64,000 nucleotides of DNA from Ilumatobacteraceae bacterium (GCA_963816635.1 CAWFLK010000021.1:154443-218442), one strand, 5' to 3'. Counted from the stretch's first letter, positions 30,715 through 41,636 are shown. Notes: generated by a model not told the origin, from the sequence alone. Program-made: numbers and translations.

Positions 30715-30838
30715 GATTTCCACAAGCATTTTCGAGCGTTTCTGCACGATTTCGCGACCAAGAATCGCGAGCACCGCGCTTGCAAAGATTCTGGGGCGCG
30801 AAATCGTGCGTTCCCGCACGATTTTGCTTGTGGAAATC
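30715..30838. repeat. head-to-head pair of family 1 elements (C1 30715-30766 forward, C2 30787-30838 reverse) forming a 124-bp composite palindrome
   Basis: The reverse complement of C2 is GATTTCCACAAGCAaAATCGTGCGggaaCGCACGATTtCGCGCCCCAGAATC, with 10-bp hairpin arms. C1 has the same flanks but a degenerate hairpin. C-rich and G-rich tracts flank both sides. It lies between the moeZ-like start (30649) and the flotillin start (30963). Confidence 0.7.
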
Positions 30839-30885
30839 TTCGGTCCTGGCGGGCGGGAGGCGGCGGGGGCGGGGGTTTCTCTTGA

Positions 30886-30945
30886 CCGGGGGCGGGGAGG
30901 GGCGTAGACCCGTAGGTAGACAGGTACAATACAAATCGCTCCGGA
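30886..30945 (+). promoter_or_regulatory. AT-richer island with TTGACC and TACAAT hexamers upstream of flotillin
   Basis: TTGACC lies at about 30887 and ...GTAGACAGGTACAATACAAATCG at about 30925-30945. The spacing between the two hexamers is not canonical, so this is only a candidate promoter. Confidence 0.25.
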
Positions 30946-30962
30946 AGGCGGCGTCCAACCAC

Positions 30963-33038
30963 ATGCTCCCCCTGATCCTCGGGATCGCCGCGATCGTGCT
31001 CGTCGCGATCGTGCTGTTCCAATCGTTCCACAACATCGGACCGGCCCAGGTCGGCCTGGTCACGAAGAAGATCGCCCGCAAGAGCCTCGCCCAGGGCAAC
31101 CCCGTCGCCCGCCACGGCGAGGCCGGCTACCAGGAGCGCCTGCTGATGCCCGGGCTGCGCGTCCGTCTCTGGCCCGTCTACGGCGTCAGCAAGCAGCCCT
31201 GGGTCCAGGTGCCCGCCGGCGAGATCGGCGTGGTCATCGCCCAGGTCGGCAACCCGATCAAGATCGGCGCCAAGAGCGCTGACTTCCGCCCGGAGTTCGG
31301 CAACTTCTCCAACCTCGGCGCGTTCATCGACAACGGCGGCCAGAAGGGCGTGCAGCGCCCGGTGCTGCCGCCGGGCACCCTGGTGCCGATCCACCCGGCG
31401 GCGTTCCTCGTGATCACCGCCAGCCGCGTGTACGGCGTGCCGGTGTCACGCACGGTCGCCGGCACGCCGGTCCCCGCCGGTCAGACGCTGCAGCCGTCGT
31501 CGTTCGGCCTCTCCGACGAGCAGCTGCGGGTCACGATCATCGGCCCGGTCGACGAGACCGACATGGTGGGCGTCATCACCGCCCTCGAGGGCGAACCGCT
31601 ACCCGCCGGTGACATCGCCAGCCGACTCGGCGGCTTCGAGGACGTGGTGGTGATGGAGCAGGCCGGCGCGTCGGATGCCGAGATCATCGATGTGCTGCTC
31701 GGGCGCAAGAACGAGCTGCACAACAACTACCAGGACTTCCAAGCCTTCATGGATCACGGCGGGCGCATCGGGCTGCAGCACGACACCCTGCTGTACGGCG
31801 CCTACCTGCTCAACCCGTTCCTCGTCGCCGTGGAGATGGTGCCGATGCTCGTGGTGCGCCAGGGCGAGGTGGCCGTGATGAAGAGCTTCGTCGGCCTGCC
31901 GACGCTCGACACCAGCGGCGTCGACTTCAAGTTCGGCTCGATCGTGCACCCCGGCCGGCGCGGGATCTGGCAGGAGCCGCTGCGCACGGGCAAGTACCCG
32001 CTCAACCCGCGCATCTACGCCACCGAGATCGTGCCCACGTCGATCCTGACCCTGAACTGGTCGAGCATCGTGAGCCAGGCCCACAACCTCGACGCCTCGC
32101 TCAGCCCGATCGAGGGCAAGAGCCGCGAGGGTTTCGTGTTCCGGATCGACCTGCAGGTGCAGATCCACGTGAGCGACACCAAGGCGCCGAAGGTCATCTC
32201 GATGGTCGGCACGATGCAGAACCTCGTCAACGAGGTGCTCCAGTCGGCGGTCGGCAACCACTTCCGCAACACGCTGCAGCGGCTCGAAGCGGTGCGCTTC
32301 ATCGAGACGCGCGACCAGGTGCAGGCGTCAGCGATGGAAGCGGTGACCCACTACCTCACCTCGTACGAGGTGGAGACGCGTGGTGTCTACATCCAGGACG
32401 TGGTCTTCCCCGAGCAGCTGGTGGAGGTGCTGACCCAGCGCGAGATCGCCAAGCAGGAGAAGGCGACGTTCCACGAGCAGCGCGAGGCGCAGAACGCCCG
32501 CATCGAGGTGGAGAAGGCCCGCGGCACCGCCGACATGCAGGGCCAGCTGGCGACGTCCCAGGTGTCGATCGAGATCAACTCGAACGCCGCCGAGGCGCGT
32601 GCCGCCCAGGCGCGAGGCGAGGCGGCCTACATCGAGACCACGGCTCGCGCCGAGGCGACGCGCATCGAGGCGATCGGACGCGCCGAGGCCACCAAGGTCG
32701 AAGCGGTCGGCCTGGCGGAGGCGACGGCGACCGAGGCGGTCGGCCTCGCCGAGGCCCGGGCGTACCAAGCTCAGGCCGACGCCCTCGGCCCGCAGGCGAC
32801 AGCGCTGGTGGCGGCGGTGAACGCCGTCGCCGAGGGACGCGTCAACGTCGTGCCGGAGGTTCTGGTGACCGGTGGTGGCAGCAGCATCGAGGGGCTCGCG
32901 GCGTCGCTCATCGGCCGCTTCGCCCCGCGTCCGCCGAACCGCAACGGCGGCAACGGGGATTCGCTGCCCCCGCCCCCGCCGGCGCCCGAGCTCGAGCTCG
33001 AGCTCGAGGTGGAGCCCGACCAGGCGTCGGCCGGCTGA
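30963..33038 (+). CDS. flotillin-like SPFH/band-7 protein with long C-terminal Ala/Glu-rich coiled coil
   Basis: The protein has an N-terminal TM helix (MLPLILGIAAIVLVAIVLF) and an SPFH domain. It ends with ...EAQNARIEVEKARGTADMQ ... EARAAQARGEAAYIETTARAEATRIEAIGRAEATKVEAVGLAEATATEAVGLAEA. The 691-aa frame is intact. Confidence 0.8.
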   Translation: MLPLILGIAAIVLVAIVLFQSFHNIGPAQVGLVTKKIARKSLAQGNPVARHGEAGYQERLLMPGLRVRLWPVYGVSKQPWVQVPAGEIGVVIAQVGNPIKIGAKSADFRPEFGNFSNLGAFIDNGGQKGVQRPVLPPGTLVPIHPAAFLVITASRVYGVPVSRTVAGTPVPAGQTLQPSSFGLSDEQLRVTIIGPVDETDMVGVITALEGEPLPAGDIASRLGGFEDVVVMEQAGASDAEIIDVLLGRKNELHNNYQDFQAFMDHGGRIGLQHDTLLYGAYLLNPFLVAVEMVPMLVVRQGEVAVMKSFVGLPTLDTSGVDFKFGSIVHPGRRGIWQEPLRTGKYPLNPRIYATEIVPTSILTLNWSSIVSQAHNLDASLSPIEGKSREGFVFRIDLQVQIHVSDTKAPKVISMVGTMQNLVNEVLQSAVGNHFRNTLQRLEAVRFIETRDQVQASAMEAVTHYLTSYEVETRGVYIQDVVFPEQLVEVLTQREIAKQEKATFHEQREAQNARIEVEKARGTADMQGQLATSQVSIEINSNAAEARAAQARGEAAYIETTARAEATRIEAIGRAEATKVEAVGLAEATATEAVGLAEARAYQAQADALGPQATALVAAVNAVAEGRVNVVPEVLVTGGGSSIEGLAASLIGRFAPRPPNRNGGNGDSLPPPPPAPELELELEVEPDQASAG

Positions 33039-33215
33039 GTCCGGCACTCATCGCGCGCCTCGCCGCGGCCGAACCGCCAGCGGCATGGCGGCACCCACCG
33101 GGGCGAGGGTCCTCATCGCACGAGGCGCGACGCATTAACGTCCGATGGTCGTGGCGCCGAACGCGCTCGGCGCCACCACGATCGCGCAAGGCTCACCGTC
33201 GACCCCCGCCGAGGA

Positions 33216-34043
33216 GTGCCCATGACGACCACAGATGAAACGCTCGATTCCGTCGCCGATGCCGGGCCCGGCTACGTGAAGATCGTTGCCGCCGAGCTGA
33301 TCGGCACGCTCATCCTGATGCTCGTCGGTCCGGGCAGCGCCATCCTCGCCCTCAATGCAGTCGGCACGTTCGGCGTCGCATTCGCGTTCGGTCTCGCCCT
33401 GCTGGCGATGGCCTACAGCATCGGCCACGTGTCCGGCTGCCACATCAACCCGGCCGTCACGCTGTCGTTCTGGTTGGTCCGAAAGGTGACGTTCGCACAG
33501 GCGATCGCCTACTGGGTCGCCCAGTGTGTCGGGGCGATCCTCGGCGCGTGGATCATCTACATCATCTCCGACGGCGGCGACCTCGACAACACGGGCGTGT
33601 TCGCGGCGAACGGATGGGGAAGCAAGCTCGGTAGCCCGTTCGGGATGTCCGCCGCCATCATCGTCGAGATCGTGTTCACCGCGCTGTTCGTCTTCGTGGT
33701 GTTGTCGACCACCACGAAGGGCTATCTGCTCGGCTTCGGCGGCCTCGCAGCTGGGCTGACGCTGGCGATGATCCACCTCGCGACCATCCCCGTCGACAAC
33801 ACCTCGGTGAACCCGGCCCGCAGCCTCGGCACCGCCGTGTTCGCCGGGACCGACGCGATGAGCCAGCTCTGGGTGTTCATCGTCTTCCCGCTCGTCGGCA
33901 CGCTCGTCGGCGTGCTGATCTGGCTCCTCGTCCACGAGGACGACTTGGAGTCGACCATCCTCGGCCAGCAGAGGGCGCTCGTGGCGGCGCGGAACCGAGC
34001 CGCCGCCATCGCACGCGGTCCGCAGCAGAAACCTTCTGCGTAG
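33216..34043 (+). CDS. aqpZ: aquaporin Z-like MIP-family water channel
   Basis: The two NPA boxes (SGCHINPAVT and NPARSLG) and six TM helices are present. Confidence 0.85.
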   Translation: MPMTTTDETLDSVADAGPGYVKIVAAELIGTLILMLVGPGSAILALNAVGTFGVAFAFGLALLAMAYSIGHVSGCHINPAVTLSFWLVRKVTFAQAIAYWVAQCVGAILGAWIIYIISDGGDLDNTGVFAANGWGSKLGSPFGMSAAIIVEIVFTALFVFVVLSTTTKGYLLGFGGLAAGLTLAMIHLATIPVDNTSVNPARSLGTAVFAGTDAMSQLWVFIVFPLVGTLVGVLIWLLVHEDDLESTILGQQRALVAARNRAAAIARGPQQKPSA

Positions 34044-34078
34044 CGCGCCGACGACCACGAACGCGCGTTGACCGCCGC

Positions 34079-34431
34079 TCAGCCGGGTGGGAACACCCAC
34101 CCGGCGGCGCCGCGACGCCACGGCGTGGCCGACACGACGGCAGCGAGCGGGATCGGGCCGTAGATGTGCGGGAACCGGTCGTCGGCCGGGTCGCCGGTGG
34201 GCGACTCCTCGACCACCGGCGCGCCGAGGGCGTCGGGGTCGATCGCCAACAGCACCACCTCGTCGACGTCGGCGTAGAAGCGGTTGGCCACGGCGGCCAC
34301 CTGGCAGCGCGTGCGAAGCGTGGATGAACCCCTCCTCGTCGAGGGATCGCCCGCGGGTGGAGATGCGATAGCTCCCCGCCGCCTCGGCCGCCCGCCAGTC
34401 GTCGGGGAGGGCGGCGTGGTAGATCGTCACG
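34079..34431 (-). CDS. DUF952-family protein, apparent frameshift near 34300
   Basis: The N-terminus TIYHAALPDDWRAAEAAGSYRISTRGRSLDEEGFIHASHA is in the cobB frame tail. The C-terminus VANRFYADVDEVVLLAIDPDALGAPVVEE ... RFPHIYGPIPLAAV is in ORF 34079..34300. The GTG start overlaps the cobB stop (GTGA). Confidence 0.55.
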
Positions 34432-35202
34432 GTTCGACCACCAACGCCGGGAGGACGTCGGAGATCGAGCCGCGCACCACCACGTCGGCGAGCTGGTCCA
34501 TCTCGGTCGGTGAGCCGTTGACGATCACGACCCGGGCACCGCTGCGCACGGCGATCGGTACGCAGTTCGCCACCGGGTAGACCGCGAGCGTCGAGCCCAC
34601 GGCGAGCAGCAGGTCGCACTCGGCGCTCACCCGCAGCGCCCGGTCGATCACCGCCGGCACGAGCGGCTGGCCGAACGAGATCGTGTCGCTCTTCAGGATC
34701 CCGTCGCCGCACGCGAGGCACCGCAGGTCGTCCTCGCCCACGGCGACCCGCTCCAGCGCCTCGGCCATCGGCCGGCGATCGCCGCACGTCCAGCACCGCG
34801 TCCACCACGCGGTGCCGTGCACCTCGACCACCAGGTCCGGGTCGCTGCCGGCGCGCTGGTGCAGCTCGTCGGTGTTCTGTGTCACGAGGGCGCGCAGCCG
34901 CCCGTCGCGTTCGAGCTCGACGATCACGCGGTGGCCGGCGTTCGGCTCGGCGCTCCACACCGGCGCTCGCACACGGGCCTGCCACGACGCTCGACGGACA
35001 TCGACGTCACCCAGGTAGTGCTGCAGCGAGGACGCCTTCTCGGCGCCGGGGTTGGTGGTCCACAGCCCGTTCGGCCCGCGGAAGTCGGGAATGCCCGAAT
35101 CGGTGCTGATGCCGGCACCGGTCACCACCACGATGCGTTCGGCCGCCTGCACCAGGGCACGCGCTTGGTCGACCGCCGTCGGTGGCTCGGGCGTGGCGAC
35201 CA
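34427..35202 (-). CDS. cobB: NAD-dependent protein deacylase, Sir2 family
   Basis: GAGISTDSGIPDFRG ... TQNTDELHQRAG ... zinc ribbon CWTCGD...CLACGDG ... GSTLAVYPVA. The start is MVATPEPP at about 35202. Confidence 0.85.
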
Positions 35203-35588
35203 TTCGCACCACTCTGGCAGACGCCCTTCCGTTCGGCGTCCGCGGCGACACCCCGGAGGAGCGATGGCGCCGACCGCTCCCTCCCCATGTTCGCCCCGCT
35301 GGAGGATCCCGCCGCCATGGCCCTCGCACTGTCCGCCCCCGACCCCGCCGACGAGCTCCGCGCCTCGTCGCCATCACACCGTGGATCGACCCGGTCGTCG
35401 ACACCCGCGGGTACGACCCGCGCTCGCGCTACGTCGAGCTGTTCTGGCTCGGCACCCTCGGCCGACGGGCACGTGGTTGCTGCGCCGGCTGGTGTCCGGC
35501 CTCGACGAGCACCCGGACGGCTACCGCGTCGACCTGGGAGCGACCGCCCGGGCGATGGGGGAGACGCCACGCCGGCACCGGCGGCGGG
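35194..35588 (+). repeat. tandem duplication copy 1 (degenerate, about 90% identity with indels)
   Basis: GCGACCATTCGCACCACTCTGGCAGACGCCCTTCCGTTCGGCGTCCGCGGCGACACCCCGGAGG... recurs at 35589. Copy 1 carries several indels and begins on the cobB start codon. Confidence 0.7.
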
Positions 35589-35985
35589 GGTGCGGCGACC
35601 ATTCGCACCACTCTGGCAGACGCCCTTCCGTTCGGCGTCCGCGGCGACACCCCGGAGGTGCGATGGCGCCGACCGCTCCCTCCCGCACATCGCACCGACG
35701 GAGGATCCCGCCACCATGACCATTGCCGAGTCCACGTCCGCCCCTGACCCCGCCGACGAGCTCCCGCGCCTCGTCGCCATCACACCGTGGATCGACCCGG
35801 TCGTCGACACCCGCGGTTACGACCCTCGCTCGCGCTACGTCGAGCTGTTCTGGCTCGGCACCCTCGGGCCGACGGCCACGTGGTTGCTGCGCCGGCTCGT
35901 CGCCGGCCTCGACGAGCACCCGGACGGCTACCGCCTCGATCTCGCGGCGACCGCCCGGGCGATGGGGCTGAGCTACCACACCGGC
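35589..35985 (+). repeat. tandem duplication copy 2 (contains the intact 5' end of the downstream gene)
   Basis: See copy 1. This copy provides the start codon and first roughly 90 codons of the 35716..36301 gene. Confidence 0.7.
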
Positions 35986-36301
35986 ACCGCCGGACCGTTC
36001 GGCCGAGCACTCGCCCGCTGCGTGATGTTCGGCATCGCCCACCAGCACAGCGACGGCTTCGCCGTGCGCCGACGCCTGCCCGAGGTGGCGCGCCGCCACC
36101 TGGCCCGGCTCCCACCGGAGGTGCAGGCGGCCCACGACGCGGTGGCTCGCCACCGTCCCGACGCTCGACGACCTGCAGCGGGGCCGGCTGCTCGCCGACG
36201 CCATGGTCGCCGCCGGCGACGACCGCGAACTGGTCGAGTCGCAGCTCGTGCGCCTCGGCGTCCCGGCGGCGACCGCCGCCGACCTCGCCCGCGCCAGCTG
36301 A
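35716..36301 (+). CDS. conserved hypothetical protein, apparent frameshift near 36140
   Basis: MTIAESTSAPDPADELPRLVAITPWIDPVVDTRGYDPRSRYVELFWLGTLGPTATWLLRRLV... The C-terminal LATVPTLDDLQRGRLLADAMVAAGDDRELVESQLVRLGVPAATAADLARAS is in the adjacent frame. The family is not recognised. Confidence 0.45.
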
Positions 36302-36333
36302 CCGACGATTCCGCGACGGCGAGCGGCGGCGCG

Positions 36334-37883
36334 TCAGGCAGGCTTGGCGTAGGTGGTCGCCAGGTCGATGAGCAGACGGGTGCCGAAGCCGGTGGCGCCC
36401 TTGGAGCGCCACGCGTCGTCGGTGTCGGACTTCATCGTGCTGGCCATGTCGATGTGCGCCCACGGCGTGTCGCCGACGAACTCGGAGAGGAAGACGGCGG
36501 CGGTGATCGCACCCCCGTAGGGCCCGCCGACGTTCTTGATGTCGGCGACGTCGGAATCGAGCAGCTTGCGGTAGCCCCGTTCGAGCGGCAGCTGCCACGT
36601 CTTCTCGTCGACGCGCCGTCGACGCGGCGACCACCCGGTCGACGAGCGCCTGGTCGTTGCCGAGCACGCCGGCGTAGCCGAGGCCGAGCGCCACCATGCA
36701 CGGCCCCGGTCAGCGTGGCGATGTCGACGATGGCGTCGGGCTGCTCCTCGACGGCGAGCGACAGCCCGTCGGCGAGCACGAGACGACCCTCGGCGTCGGT
36801 GTTGTGGATCTCGACGGTCTTGCCACCGTGGATGTGCAGCACGTCGCCGAGCTTCATCGCCGACCCCGAGGGCATGTTGTCGGTGCACATCAGGTAGCCG
36901 ATCACCTCGTTGGGGCATCCCAGCGCGGGCAGCGCCGAGAGCGCCGACAGGACCGCCGCGGCGCCGGACATGTCCATCTTCATCGAGGCATGGCTCGGAT
37001 CGCTCGGCTTCAGGCTGATCCCGCCCGAGTCGTACATGATCCCCTTGCCGACGAAGGCCAGCTTCGCAGCGCGACGACTTCTTGCGCTTGGGCCGGTACG
37101 TCAGCTTCACGAGCTGAGGCGCCTCCGTGCTCCCGGCGTTGACGCCGAGCAGACCACCGCACCCGAGCTCGCGCAGTCGCTCGGCACCGAACAGCTCGAT
37201 CTCCAGCCCGGCCTCGCTCGCCACGGCGGTCGCCAGCTCGGCGAGGCGGGTGGCCGTGAGGTGGCTGGGCGGTGAGTTGGCCAGGTCGCGTGCGAGCGCC
37301 GCGGCAGCCGCAGTGGTGGTGCCCCGCGTCGCGCCGGTGCTCACCGGCGCGGTCTGCGCCGACGGTGCGATCAGTACCAGCGACTGCAGGGCGGTGTCGC
37401 GCGCGTGTGCTTCAGCGTGCCGTAGCGGTAGCGGGCGAGGAGCACGCCCTCCACCACCGCTTGCGCCGACGCGGCGACCCCGGCGGCGCCGGCGTCGTGG
37501 AGGTTCGTCGCCAGCACCCCGTGGTTCGACGCCGCCCGGGCGAACGCCGCGGCCGCGTCGCGCAGGGCGGCCGGCGTCAGCGCGCCGTCGCCCACCCCGA
37601 CGGCGATGTGCACCGCGGTGCCCTTGGCCGGCACGACGACGGTCTGACCCACCTTGCCCTCGAAGCCGAGCGCGACGAGCGCGGCGCGGTCGGCGCCGAG
37701 CGAGCGGGCCACTGGCCCCTTCTCCCCCACCGGCACGCCGACGGCGGCCCCGGCCGGCGCCGTTCGCGCCACGTTGACCGACGGCCGCTCGCCGCTGCGT
37801 GACGGCGCAGGGTCGAAGGTCCGGCGGTCGTAGGCCAGCGCGTCCAGCGTCGCCGTGTGAGCGGGATCGTTCTTGAGCGTCAT
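36334..37883 (-). pseudogene. pepA: leucyl aminopeptidase (M17), at least four apparent frameshifts
   Basis: The M17 N-terminal domain (MTLKNDPAHTATLDALAYD...) and the catalytic core (KGIMYDSGGISLKP ... NTDAEGRLVLAD ... ATLTGA ... RRVDEKTWQLPLERGY ... GATGFGTRLL) are spread over ORFs 37371..37883, 36334..39465, 36432..37037 and 35780..36697 in three frames. Confidence 0.7.
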
Positions 37884-37968
37884 CGTCCGTCAGTCTGGCC
37901 GAGCGGGGGGCGGATGCGCACCCACCCCGGGCAGGCGTGGCGAGGCCACCGATAGCCTGGACGGCCGC

Positions 37969-40900
37969 ATGGAACAGCGCTCGTACCTCGATGCCGTCGC
38001 CGAACGGGTGGTCGTCTTCGACGGCGCGTTCGGCACCTACATACAGGATCTCGAGCTCGGCCCGGACGACTTCGGCGGTCCGGCGCTCGAGGGGTGCAAC
38101 GAGATGCTCTGTCTCACCCGCCCCGACGCCATCCGCGACATGCACCGGGCGTTCTTCGACGTCGGCGTCGACGTCGTCGAGACCGCCAGCTTCGGCAGCT
38201 TCTCGGTGGTCCTCAACGAGTACGGCATCGCCGACAAGGCGTACGAGCTCAACGTCGCCGCCGGTCGTCTCGCCCGCGAGGTGGCCGACGAGCTGATCGC
38301 CGCCGACGGGCGCGAGCGCTGGGTCGCCGGCTCGATCGGTCCCGGCACCAAGTTGCCGAGCCTCGGCCACATCGGCTTCGCCGCCCTGCGCGACGCCTAC
38401 GAGGAGCAGGCGGCCGGGCTGCTCGAGGGCGGCGTCGACCTGTTCCTGATCGAGACCTGCTACGACCTGCTGCAGGCGAAGGCGGCGATGATCGCCTGCC
38501 GGCGGGCGATGCGCGCCGCCGGGCGCAGCGTCCCGCTGCAGGTGCAGGTGTCGATGGAGACCACCGGGCGGATGTTGCTCGGCAGCGAGATCGGCGCCGC
38601 CCTGGTGTCGGTCGCGGCGATGGGCGCCGACGTCATCGGCGTCAACTGCTCCACCGGCCCGGCGGAGATGCAGGAGCACCTGCGCTACCTGTCGCAGCAC
38701 TCGCCGGTGCCGATCTCGGTGCTCCCCAACGCCGGCCTGCCGAGCGTGGTCGACGGCCGCACCCACTACGACCTGACGCCCGAGCAGCTCGCCGAGTACC
38801 ACCGACGCCACGTGGCCGAGCTCGGCGTGCGCGTCGTCGGCGGCTGTTGTGGCACGACGCCCGAGCATCTCCGTCAGGTGGTCGAGGCGGTCCGCAGCGT
38901 CGAGCCGGCACGACGCACCCCGGAGCTCGAAGCCAGCGTGACGTCGATCTACAGCCCGACGACGCTCGCCCAGGAGCTGAGTGTGCTGCTCATCGGCGAG
39001 CGCACCAACGCCAACGGCTCGAAGGCGTTTCGTGACGCGATGCTCGCCGGCGACTGGGACAGCTGCGTGAAGATGGCCAACGAGCAGATCAAGGAGGGCG
39101 CCCACGTCCTCGACGTGTGCGTCGACTACGTCGGCCGCGACGGCGCCCACGACATGGACGAGGTGGCCCGCCGATTCGCCACGCAGGCGAGCGTGCCGCT
39201 CGTGCTCGACTCCACCGAGCCACCGGTGCTCGAGGCCGCGCTGCAGCACGTGGGCGGGCGGGCGATCCTCAACTCGGCCAACCTGGAGGACGGCGAGCTC
39301 CCCGGCAGCCGCATGGACCGGGTGTTCTCCCTCGCCCGCGAATACGGCGCAGCGGTGATCTGCCTGCTGATCGACGAGCGCGGTCAGGCACGCGACGTCG
39401 AGTGGAAGATGGAGATCGCCCACCGCATCGCCCAGATCGCCACCGAGCGCTACGGGCTGTCGCACGGCGACCTGATCTTCGACGCCCTCACGTTCCCCTT
39501 GTCCACCGGCGACGACGACCTTCGGCGCGACGCCATGGAGACGATGGAGGCGATCCGACGGATCAAGGCGGAGATCCCGGCGCGTTCACGGTGCTCGGAC
39601 TGAGCAACGTCAGCTTCGGCCTGTCGCCGGCGGCACGCCACGCGCTGAACAGCGTGTTCCTGCACGAGTGCGCCGAGGCCGGGCTCGACTCGGCCATCGT
39701 CCACGCCGGCAAGATCGTGCCCCTGAACCGCATCCCCGACGAGCAGCGCGAAGTCTGCCTCGACCTGATCTACGACCGCCGCCGGGCCGCCTCCGCGGCC
39801 GACGGGACGACCGCCTACGACCCGCTGCAGAGCCTGCTCGAGGTGTTCGCCGACGTCAAGACGCTCGCCGCCGAGAAGCCCGACCGCAGCGGGCTGCCGG
39901 TGGAGGAGCGCCTGCGCCTGCGCATCATCGACGGCGACCGCGACGGCCTCGCCGCCGATCTCGACGAGGCGATGGCGGGTGGCATCGCCCCGCTGTCGAT
40001 CGTCAACGACGTGCTGCTCGAGGGGATGAAGGTGGTCGGCGAACTGTTCGGCTCCGGCCAGATGCAGCTGCCGTTCGTGCTGCAGTCAGCCGAGACGATG
40101 AAGGCCTCCGTCGCCTACCTCGAGCCGCACATGGATCGCATCGGCGGCTCGTCGGCGAAGGGCCGCCTCGTCATCGCCACCGTCAAGGGCGACGTGCACG
40201 ACATCGGCAAGAACCTCGTCGACATCATCGCCACGAACAACGGCTACGAGGTGCACAACCTCGGCATCAAGGTGCCGATCGGCGACATGCTCGCGAAGGT
40301 CAAGGAGGTCGACGCCGACGCCCTCGGGATGAGTGGCCTGCTCGTGAAGTCGACGCTGGTGATGCGCGAGAACCTCGAGGAGATCAACTCGCTCGGGCTG
40401 ACCGACCTGCCGATCCTGCTCGGCGGGGCCGCGCTCACCCGTCGCTACGTCGAGCGCGACCTGCGCGAGGTGTACGAGGGGCGGCTGTTCTACGGCCGCG
40501 ACACGTTCGAGGGTCTGTCGACGCTGGACTCGCTGATGGCGATGAAGCGCAGCGGCGAGTGGGATCCCGACTTCGGTCGGGTGCCGACGGGCCGGGTGCT
40601 GCCCGAGCGCCAGGTCGACGACGACGTCGCTGTCGCGGTCCCGGCGCGATCGCCGGAGGTGGCTACCGACAACCCGGTGTTCGTCCCGCCGTTCCTCGGC
40701 ACCCGGGTGGTCAAGGGGCTGTCGCTCGACGACATCGCCGAGTTCGTCAACGAGACGGCGCTGTACCGCAACCAGTGGCAGTTCCGACCCGAACCGGTGC
40801 CCGGGGCCGACCGGCCGGAGACCGACGACGAGTTCGAGTCGCGGGTGCGGTCGACGTTCCGCGAGCAGCTCGCCGCCGCCAAGGCGTCCGGCGTGCTCGT

Positions 40901-41504
40901 GCCGCAACTGGTGTACGGCTACTTCGCCGCCAACGGCGACGGCGACGACCTCGTCGTGTGGACCGACGAGTCGCGCACCGTCGAGGCGGCCCGGTTCCAC
41001 TACCCACGCCAGCGCGTCGAGCCGTTCCTGTGCATCGCCGACTTCTTCCGTCCGTGGCACGGGCCCGACGGCGAGCCCGGTGAGCTCGACTACGCCGCGT
41101 TCCACATCGTCACGATGGGTTCGGCGGTGAGCGAGCAGACCGCCCGCCTGTTCGCGGCCAACGAGTACCAGCGCTACCTCCTGTTGCACGGGCTCGGCGT
41201 CGAGATGGCCGAAGCGCTCGCCGAGTACTGGCACAAGCGGATCCGCACCGAGTGGGGCTTCGTCGACGAGGACGGGCCGAGCATCGGCGGGCTGTTCCGC
41301 CAGCAGTACCGCGGTGGGCGCTACTCCGCCGGCTACCCGGCCTGTCCGGACCTCGAGGACAACGCCACCGTGGCCCGCCTGCTCGGCGCCGAGCGCCTCG
41401 GCATCGAGGTGGGCGAGGAGACCGGCTGGCAGTACCAGCCGGAGCAGACCACGTCGGCGATCATCTGCCACCACCCGCGGGCCAAGTACTTCGTCGCCCG
41501 CTGA
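37969..41504 (+). CDS. metH: cobalamin-dependent methionine synthase, apparent single-base frameshift near 39580
   Basis: The homocysteine-binding domain (VVVFDGAFGTYIQ), pterin-binding domain, B12-binding domain (...GDVHDIGKNLV...) and AdoMet activation domain (end ...AIICHHPRAKYFVAR) are all present and collinear. They are split between ORF 37873..39603 and ORF 39117..41504 at AEIP|GAFTVLGLSNVSFGL. Confidence 0.9.
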
Positions 41505-41636
41505 GTTGCACGCGTCAAGAACCGCGGCACGCGGTGCGGGCGTACTGACGACCATGAGGGACGATCCAACGGTTCACAGCGAGTTCACAGACGGTGCCCC
41601 GCTGACCCACGGCGACCGTCCGTAGATTCCATCGCC

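Noticed and set aside
13188-30838. Recurring peptide DFHKQNRADLHDFAPQN in four listed ORFs, as a possible protein repeat or domain
   Set aside because: It is simply the translation of the family 1 DNA repeat in non-coding contexts. Both strands of a palindrome give the same peptide
37884-37968. SAM or B12 riboswitch in the pepA/metH divergent region
   Set aside because: There are only about 85 bp between the two start codons. That is too short for either aptamer, and no conserved riboswitch boxes were seen
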